DNA of 64,000 bases from assembly GCA_973851085.1 (NCBI GenBank), contig OZ316775.1, positions 4,464,001 to 4,528,000 on the forward strand. The letters are read 5' to 3'. The stretch is from Ptychomitrium polyphyllum (Eukaryota). Positions within the stretch are counted from its first letter, which is position 1, and every line of letters begins with the position of its first letter. Under the pieces are notes generated by a model that was given only the letters and a program-made list of their open reading frames with translations, was not told the origin of the DNA and did not search any database. Positions 55,111 through 64,000 of this stretch are shown here, one piece after another. Position numbers and translations under genes: made by a program.

Positions 55111-57886
55111 TGTGGAAAGCACCACAACTCTACTCAAAGAATTAATTTCTGGAAATTATAAGGATCAAGCTCCACGTTGTCTATGGCAATCAATTCTACA
55201 CCACCAATCTGAGCGAACGACTGCAAGATCGTCCTGCAGAAGTATTTCCACTTCCGAATACAGAACTAAGTACCCTTGCGTATATGAACACAGAATGCAA
55301 GCTAGCCTTTGTTCAAACGAATATTGTGGTCCGAAACCTCTGAAGGCTCTAGAAATATAAGCGCCTTCAGATCGTGCCGAGCTAACCCAGCATACAGATC
55401 AGTTACTAGTTCACTACTTGGACTGGGCGAGATAATATTCGACTCGAGTTAGCTCCTGTATGTCTTACAAAGTTTCTGTGGGCCTCAAAGCGCAATCTGC
55501 GCATTGCAAATGCCAACAATACAACCGACCCCACTCTTGAGTACAATCTCCTGACATTGTCCTACCTGCTGGTTCCACGTGAAGATTCGTGAAGCTGTTG
55601 AAATCGTTTAGCAGGGCCCGCGCTCGCGATCGACACAAAAGTGAGCATTGACCCACCACGCCAGTGCATTCAGGGCGACCATGATGAGTAGTCCTTCTCG
55701 ATAGACTGGCTGTCATTCTCCAACTTAGTCGTGCATCTTAGCCGCGAGCTACACTTGCATTATCAGCAACTTCCCTACTCTGTTCTCCCTTTGCTACAGT
55801 AGGCTAGTTCAGAGCCTTCTGTTGCACTATTTCTTGCTGATGCGAGGTGCACATGTTGGACCCTCAAGCTTTTATGCTTGTTTCAGACATATCGTTTCAG
55901 GGTTCCTTGATGGAGTGTATATCCACTATCTAAAAACCTTCGAGTTCCGGAAATTTAATCTAAGATTATTTTGCAACAAACATGCAACAAACAGGGAGGC
56001 AGCACTGTTGAGCCTCTCAGAATTAGATGTTAGAATGTTCATCGACAAGCGTGGCGCTTCAAAACGCTACTAATTAAGTATTTATGCTTTTGCCTTTTGA
56101 TAAGTCAGGATGGAAGCAGATGATAATATTTTGCAATTTTAATTTGCAGACTATGGCGAGCAATGGTACGTGATATTTTCATCATCATGACATCACGCTC
56201 GGCTTAGCGCTAGATTCAGCTCAGTTACATGTACTCTTAGTAAGGTAGTACTTTTCCCTTTCTCTGCAACCAGGACCAGCGACTTCACTGCTTTGGGCAG
56301 CAGAGTAGTTATTATGGCATGTGCATTCAATTCAGGTATGTTTCACATTCAAAGTGAGGCAGGCAGGGTGGAAGGAGGGGTCCCTTCCTTGCCTCAAGCT
56401 CATTAATTACCGAAGTGCCACACTAGCCCCCTAGTGTGAAGTTAGTACCGGCAGCAAGTTTCCACGTGGACAAATATTAGGTTTTGAAATTTATTAGTTG
56501 AGAAATGGATCATATAAGATGACACTATGAGTTGTATTTTATTCTTAGTTCAATTTTATAGTGTTTTTCAATCAAGTTTTTTTTAAAAGGAGAGCACTAT
56601 GCTTAGCAAAAAGAAAGAGAGTTGAAGAAACATAACAAAGGAGAGCTAAAAGGTATTAAAAAAATACACATATTTGGTAAAAGAATGAATCTTAATAGAC
56701 AACCAATGAGGAAAAAGATGGATGATTATATTAGTAAGAACAAACAAAGTGTGGATGTCTATAAATTTTTGGTCAAAATAATAGAGGAGATGAAGGTCCA
56801 TGTGTATGGAGACTAAAATATGTATAAAATGTACATATGATAAAGTCCTTGAAATACAACATAAGTGCATAGAATTACAATATTAAAAATTAAAAAATTG
56901 ATCTATTTTAATGGTAATGGTAATGATAAATATATGGTACATATTATCAAATACGGTGTTGTTAGAATTTTAAAGAAGACATTGAATTTTTTAAATTTAT
57001 ATATTAAAAAAGAACCTATTTAATTAGAAATAATCACAAAAAACTTTCATTTTTCAATAATCACATACAAAATATCATAGAATATAATTATAAATTTAAA
57101 AGAAAAATCAATCAAATTTGTTATATCTATTTATATCATATCAATTTAATATTTTATTATAAATAAAATAGATATTAAATTGTTGCTATATATAAGATAT
57201 GATACAATCTTGATTATTCAATATTCAATCAATTAATTTAACAACACTACAAAAAATTTATAATAACTAATATATAAATATATAAAGTAGCTTATTTAGA
57301 GTTGTTTTTGGTAATAGATAAATTTTTTGATAGATTTCTAGCATTGATGATAGAAAGACTTATGATTTTATTTTAGGTTCAAGATCTTGAAATTGACATA
57401 TAAAAAAGTTATAATGTTTATGTAGAATGTGTAAAATAAAGTTAAAAAACCTAACAAAAAAAACTACTTATTACGTTGTCTTTTTTCTAATTGTTACTTT
57501 TTTTTTTATAATTGAACATTTTTTAATGTATTTATTATCATTTTATGATTGCCAATATTTTTAATATTTGCAATCATTCTTTGTATTCACTATCCCTATA
57601 TTTAATTCATTGTTCATTGTCCCATCACAATTTTGTCTTCATTAGCTTTATCTTTGACAACTATTTACCTTTTCACTGTTGTTTTTTTCCCACATTCTTC
57701 CATTCCGTTACAATGATTTTTATTCCTAACAAATGCTTATCTTTCTGACTATTGTCCTTCTTCTAAGATATTACTGTCTCTATCTTTGATTATTATTCCA
57801 TTGTACTCTATTTTTTGAACATTCTACATCAGAGTTATTTATGGTCCTTATTCCTAAGTGAATAATCTACATGCTACTTTAAAGTT

Positions 57887-57947
57887 GTCTCTTTCCTTAT
57901 CCACTATATCAGGTCTCTTTCCTTATCCATTATATCATGTCTCTTTC
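57887..57947. repeat. 26-bp tandem repeat x2.3
   Basis: GTCTCTTTCCTTATCCACTATATCAG / GTCTCTTTCCTTATCCATTATATCAT / GTCTCTTTC. Confidence 0.85.
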
Positions 57948-59556
57948 ATTGATATGCTGCATAGAAATTGATTCATGGTACTTTCAACTAACTATTGTAA
58001 CTTGTGACCAATGTCCTTCTTCTTAATATTTATGTTGCTTTGTGAACATTCTAATATGGAAATTGATTTTGATTCTGGTAGATTTCATATCTATTGATTG
58101 ATATTTTAATTTGTTATTCATAGTTTTCACTTTTAACATAAAAGCTTTTACTCTTTTTGTTCTATCATGAATTCTTCAACCATTGGTACATAAGAACAAT
58201 GTAAAACCTCTATAAAATATAATAATCCTAATTAAAATCTTTACTAGTGGTTGTAATTTGAAATACCAATACAACAAACTTAATCAATGAGAACAAATCC
58301 AAATTCTTTTCTTCATGGCATATAGTTTCAGAGCTTCTCAAATTTAGAAATAGATACAAACTTGCAATCTTTGAGAATGTAGAGAGCCATAGATTTCTCC
58401 ACAAATCGAAGAAGTTGACATTCTAGGTATCCACTACTAGTAAAGATTTCGGCATGTCGAGTGAAGCAATCCAAAATCCAGGATATTCAGTTACACAATA
58501 TAATGTCACCCTGTTCAGTAAAATATCAGAAGAGCATATTCACAATGCAAACACAGAGGCTTCCAATTTATGCCAAGCGTCTTCACTAGAGGAGAGACAT
58601 AGCTAATGTTCAGTAATGTGGCTAATGGTCCATATGAGCAGCTCAATATATTTTACAACCTTTTTCAACCAATAGAAGGGGGCGATGGCTCCAAAGCTTC
58701 CTGATTGAGTACGCCTTGCGCTTAGTAAGATCATCGAACATCAGATCAACACGATCATTAAAATGGCCCCAATCGCAGATCACGCGCAGGATGTCACACA
58801 AGCTGGACTCGACCATAATCAACACCCGAGTTGTCTCACCTGCCATCCGAGCACAGTGCGTACGTACAACTTACATCAGTAGTCCTAACTTCTCGGTTAT
58901 ACAATCATCTATCTAGAAAGCAATCCAAAGAAAATTGAAGATTCTGGAACATGTATGCAAATGTCAGAACGTTACTGACTTCGATGAAGACGCTGGAGGT
59001 CCTGGTGAGAGAGCGGAAGAACAACACAGAGAGTACACAGAACTAAGAATCTAATGCTGGCAGAGGCGTGATGCCATGATGAGAAGAACATACGTGTACC
59101 GGCTCTACAGGTCTGCAAAATCATTTGAGCCTTCCAAATCCTCTCAGTCGATTAATGTGGTTATTTGGGGTGTCGCTGAATCATGATAGCTTCTGCACAG
59201 TCATATTCCTTCCTCACCAAAATTAAAGCACATACCGTTATTAAGAAACAGTTTGCAAAAGGAGGGTCTTTTGGTCGTTCCTTCGATCTATGTGTCTGGG
59301 CTTCTAGCTAGAGACGCGCTAGTGAGGGCAAGGCTAGCCTGGCTGTTCGCGTATGAGTGACATAAGCTGGAATCGTGTGCCTTGCTAAGGGTATCTGACT
59401 CATCATGCACCCTGCAGGTTGGAGCTGGTCGCCGTGATTGACGTCGTGGTGGACCGCGGTCAATACGTAGATTTCTGTTCGTTAGTTCAGCCTGGGGAGT
59501 TTACTCTCTGTGAGGGCCAGTGCGTATTCTTCGTTCAAGGTGCTTCCTGCCTTTCT

Positions 59557-60168
59557 CCTCATTCTGTGTGTACTAGCTCATGGCGCCCGAGGGCATACTG
59601 AAGCCTTACTTGTTGCTGTAGTTGATCACGACCGTGGTGTGTAGTTGATCGGAGGCTTCGGGAGCTTTGAGTTCGTCTTTCTTTTCGCAACGTGTAGAAT
59701 GCCATGCGTCTCAAAGTTCTCTGTTTAGAAAGCCCATAGTTTGAAGTGAACGCAATCATTGCTAAAGTTTCTGTCAGCCTACGTCCTCATTCCAGTTGTG
59801 CTAGCTCACAGCCCTCGAGGGCGTCTTGTAGACATACGTGTTTCTGCTGGTGGTCGCCGCGACCGTGGTGTGTTAGTTGATCGGAGACTTCGGGAGATTT
59901 GAGTTGTTTTTCTCTTTTCGCAACCTGCAAATTGCGACGCCTCTTCAAGTTCTTAGTTGTGAAGGGGCATTGAAAGTTCGTAATCTTTGTTAAACTTTCC
60001 GGCAGTCTACCTACATCCTCATTCTGTGAGTAATAGCTCATAGCGCGCGAGGCTATCTAGCTGACGTGCCTTTTGTTGCTGTGGTTCGCGAAGTCCGCTT
60101 GTGGTGTGTTAGTATCTTGGGGATTTGTAGAGCTTTGAGTTATGTCTCACATTCCGCAACCTGCAAAT
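59557..60168. repeat. Diverged ~230-bp tandem triplication overlapping the start of the downstream gene
   Basis: Units start with CCTCATTC at 59557, 59785 and 60017. Each contains TAGCTCA, CGAGG, GTGGTGTGT, TTTGAGTT and CGCAAC in the same order. Confidence 0.88.
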
Positions 60169-61571
60169 CACCTAACTGAGGATGAGATATTTAGCATGCC
60201 CGTTGTCAACCCATCAGTCCGCAGCGACGGCGTTGGAGATGGAGCCGTGGAGGAGGACAACATCCTTGCCCAGTGGCCCTATGACTTCGATATTTTGGAA
60301 GATATGGACCAGATTTTGCTGATGAATTCCATGACCGGTGTGTTTGAGGACGAAGCTGTCGATCATCATGAGGAGCAAACTTCAGACAACTTGCTCGAGG
60401 TGCATTTATTTCCTGACTCAGCTGGCCTGATAGACAGCCACCAGATTTGGTCACCCCACGAATTGGCCCAGCTCGAAGTAGCTCTGGAGCAGGTGGTAAA
60501 GGACTCAAAAGTCCGTCGACGCAAGCCATCACAAGGTGGAGCTTCTTCCACCACCAAAAAGTCACGACCTGTTCCGCTCAAGCCGAAAGAACCAAAGCGC
60601 AAGACCGCAAAGCCAACAGTCAGACGTCCGAAACGGGGTATGGAGAGGAAAAATCCTGTGGTATCCAGGACGACTTACGGATGGCCCGAGGCGAGAACGA
60701 TGGACTATCACAACAGTTCGTCCCCATTGAATAGCGTGCTGCAACACCCCTTTGGACTACTCACTCCGGGCATTGCATTCAAGCAGCCCAACATGTATGC
60801 AGTGCTGAACCGCTCCGTGTCGGACTTCCAACTGTCCAAGACACCGGTGCTTCAAGCCCAGATTAAATCACCAATGGTGCCCGTGCAGGGTCAGATGTCG
60901 GGGCTAATTCGTCCATCGCCAGCCCCAGAGCAGGTTTTAGTTGATTCACATCCAACGCATCTCAACCGTGCTCTTTTTGGACAGGGAACAGTATCCGCGA
61001 TGGATTCCATCGTGACCGCAACAACCGAGATCGAAGTGTCTTCAGAGGTGTGAGCTAGCACTTCGTCTACCTTTACATGATTTCTTGATGATACTGTACG
61101 TCCATTTAAATGTCGGCTAGGAACTTGTAAACTCTGTGACCTAGGTCTTTGAGAAATCTCAGTGTAATCTAAATCCGCAGCCCTGGTCCTGGACCCTATT
61201 AACATTATGTTAGAACATCCTTCTACCTTGTCTTATTCTTTGTTTTGTACATATTTATGATTTTTTAATTGAACCTTTTTCTGTCCTTGTACTGGCAGAC
61301 ATTCTGGTTGCAGGTGTTGGCGGCGAATGGAGGTCTGGGTTACTTGAAATTAGAGTACCAGGTATTCAATGACCCCAACTCGTCTTCTGACTCGTTCAAG
61401 CAGCAAATCGGATTTGCCGCCCAGCGCAATGCCACTTCCTCCCCTCCTCAGGCACAATATTTACAGGGTGCAGCAGCTGATCCTTTACCAGAACTTCAAC
61501 ATGGCTTCGATGAGTATGACGTTGCCCTCCTGTACCACCTATTGGCATGTGACGTCAAAGGCTCTACTTGA
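60142..61571 (+). CDS. Uncharacterised protein paralogous to the N-terminal part of the MYB-CC gene; exons 60142-61047 and 61299 (or 61314)-61571; ~390 aa
   Basis: 303-codon ORF with motifs LTEDEIFSMPVVNPS and SVLQHPF shared with the ORF at 55110. It has an acidic N-terminus and basic NLS-like stretches, a GT donor at 61048 and in-frame AG acceptors. Confidence 0.7.
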
Positions 61572-62750
61572 AATCGACTTCACTTCAAGCTGAAGTGAAG
61601 GTATACTTGCAATCATCTTCCCTGCTTTTTGTATCTTTTTCTGCATTTCCAAGCTCTCATCCAAGTCGCGCCTGCATCGCTCTAAACCTCTGTAATATGC
61701 TAACCTCTTCTGTATGTGACATGAACAGGTAATGCATGATCTGAATTAGCGGCTCCATGACGAGCAGTGCACCTGGCGGATCAGCAGGCTTTAGGGTACC
61801 AGAGCTGCGGAGAAAATGGGACGACGATGCAGGCTATCACAGCCAAATAAGACTCTCATAGCCCTTTCCTTGCTGATGAGTCAATGTCGCCAATCCAAGT
61901 ACCAGACTTAGTAATAACTGCCTTAAACCCGTTTTTACCTATGTATAGACGTCTGAAGACATGAACATTCCAGGCTACACCATAACAGTTACTTCACAAG
62001 ATGGAGGGGAAGATTGAGCTGAATCACCCTAGCGGTGAAAACCCTTCATCTCTGGAGCTAGAGGTTGATCAGCTGAATAAATCATGTAAATCAGTTCTCC
62101 ATAATTAGCCTAAGATAATCAATATTAGGGTAATATAGACTTAATAGTTGAGCCGTACTTTGCTTCAAGTGAGGGTATACTACATGTACAGACACAAGGT
62201 CGTATGACCTGCTTGTTCTCACTTGTTATATTTTGGACGTTAATATGAAGTAAATCCATCTCTAAGTATTTTCATATATGTAAGTTATTGTCGTTTTCAA
62301 TGGTGTGTGTAACGCCAATCGGCTTCTTTGTTGATTGGCCTCTGTTTTGTTTTACTATATTTCAAGCTAAAGGTCCTATCATTCTAGACTAATGAACGAT
62401 ATCAACTAGATTGTGTCTTGGCAAATAGCAGCGCGACTCATATAGTAAACCCTATTGTTTTGTACAGTCAAGCCGGGGTCTCGAGATGAAATCTTAGAAA
62501 TGTAGCAACAGATGCAAGCACAATTTCATGTGGAGGTAGTCATAAGTGAAGTGATAGTATTCATTTTCTTCTGCAAATGGTTTATTTTATAAAACGAACA
62601 AGATTGCTCATCACAAGCATCCTCTAACTAGACACTACACATGACATGCTGAACCTCTTGAATTCACTTTGGCCTCGATGGGTAAAAAGACCATTTGGGG
62701 AGCAATCACTACGGAAATCAGTACGCAGCATATACTCTTGCAGATCCCAA

Positions 62751-62854
62751 TGTTGCCTACATGACGACATTGGCTCTGTTGCCTACATGACGACATTGGC
62801 TCTGTTGCCTACATGACGACATTGGCTCTGTTGCCTACATGACGACATTGGCTC
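62751..62854. repeat. 26-bp perfect tandem repeat x4
   Basis: TGTTGCCTACATGACGACATTGGCTC four times with no spacers. Confidence 0.98.
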
Positions 62855-64000
62855 AGGAAGAGGAGGAAGAGAGGAAGAGTGGCCCAACAACATCGCATTA
62901 ACATGCACCTAGTTCTTTCTAAGATCCATCACTAAATAGGTCAGGCTACTTTTCCAAAACAAACATTGAAATAGCTTCTTGCAAATTATATTTGATTTCA
63001 AATGGCAACGTTAAAGAACATAAAACATGCTCTTCCCTTGTGCATTACAGCCACATAGAGCAATTCAATCCAACAATTGGCTTTAGAAAGTTCATATGCA
63101 AATTATTTAAATAATGTTGTTCAAGGGATTACTCAAAATTCATCCACAAATCACTATCTAGTATAATTTTATTTTTAGCAATAACAGTAGCTTGAGCCAG
63201 AACCGTGCTTGTAATCTAGTGCCATAGTAATGTGTATGATAAATTATTAAAAACAACACTGATCCCCTAAGGCAATTAAAAATATTCTTGTTTTTCAGTG
63301 TAAAAGAGACTAGTGTTTGGGCTCATTACCAGAAAATTCGTTTGTGCAGAGGGATCGCGGAGAGTGGCACTCAAAGATTTCTCCTCTAGCTCCAAGTATC
63401 AAACGCACATCGACCTCGAGAACATTATAAGGAAAATTAACCTTGCCTGAAAGAGTAGTGTTTGTTTAATAGCTCAGATAGGGAGGGCCTGCCACCCTTC
63501 TAGCTAGTAAGCACTGGACGTGAAAAACATCACACCAACGCACCCGTAGGAGTCACTAATACTCGACCAGCAGCTTGAGTTCGCCTTAGTACCGGAGTGT
63601 GCACCTTACTTTAAGGATGACAATCGGTTAAAAATGGCGAACTGTTGAAGTTAGTTTGGGTTATACGGCGATCAAGTTCGGAACTATTGGTCTGACAATG
63701 GCGTGGTTGAATAACCATAATAGTTTCTCACAAGTTGGAAACGTTTGGTTGATAATATGCTAATTTGAGAGCTTTTAGTTAGATTGGTATTGAATTGCAT
63801 TCTCTTACTTCCTATTAAGTACTCGAGGGAATCAAGACTGAACATAAGATTAGTTTGTTTGTTTGCCGCAACGTAAATGAATATTTTGCTAACACAAAAA
63901 CCTCAGCTGTTTGTGCAGCATTTCGTCGTACTCATGAGGATCTCGAACTTGCGATGAGAAGTGAAACATCCTGCCCCAACTCACATATATACTGGTTAGC

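Noticed and set aside
56421..56446. Helitron 3' end (hairpin CACTAG-CCCC-CTAGTG)
   Set aside because: The stem is short and AT-containing, and it is not followed by a canonical CTRR terminus at the expected distance.
62751..62854. CRISPR-like repeats here and at 34051-34203
   Set aside because: The units are contiguous with no unique spacers, there are no cas genes and the context is eukaryotic.

Overview
Eukaryotic land-plant genomic DNA, not prokaryotic: GT-AG spliced genes sit in GC-richer islands separated by very AT-rich, TE-derived spacers. The style is moss-like (Physcomitrium-type), which is an inference. Contents in order: a decayed Ty3/gypsy LTR retrotransposon with PPT and 3' LTR (1-~2800), plus a related inverted LTR relic near 25.1-25.5 kb; a 5-exon DIM1 18S rRNA dimethyltransferase gene (minus) head-to-head with a VMA21-like gene (plus); a 6-exon RSS3-like gene encoding a bHLH-MYC N-terminal domain only; an intronless ribosomal-L1-domain (RSL1D1/UTP30-like) CDS; and a divergent pair of distant paralogs at 52.4-61.6 kb. 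The paralogs share unrecognised N-terminal motifs, and only one carries a GARP MYB-CC (SHLQKYR) domain. Several tandem repeats are present. Main observations: the paralog pair, which shows exon-module duplication, a stop-initiated duplicate exon and a start codon lying inside a triplicated ~230-bp unit; an in-frame TAA interrupting the conserved DIM1 C-terminal FNxxGIHF motif; and a nested GC-rich foldback at 6164-6307. All exon models were deduced by hand from splice signals and frame continuity. No database searches were run.
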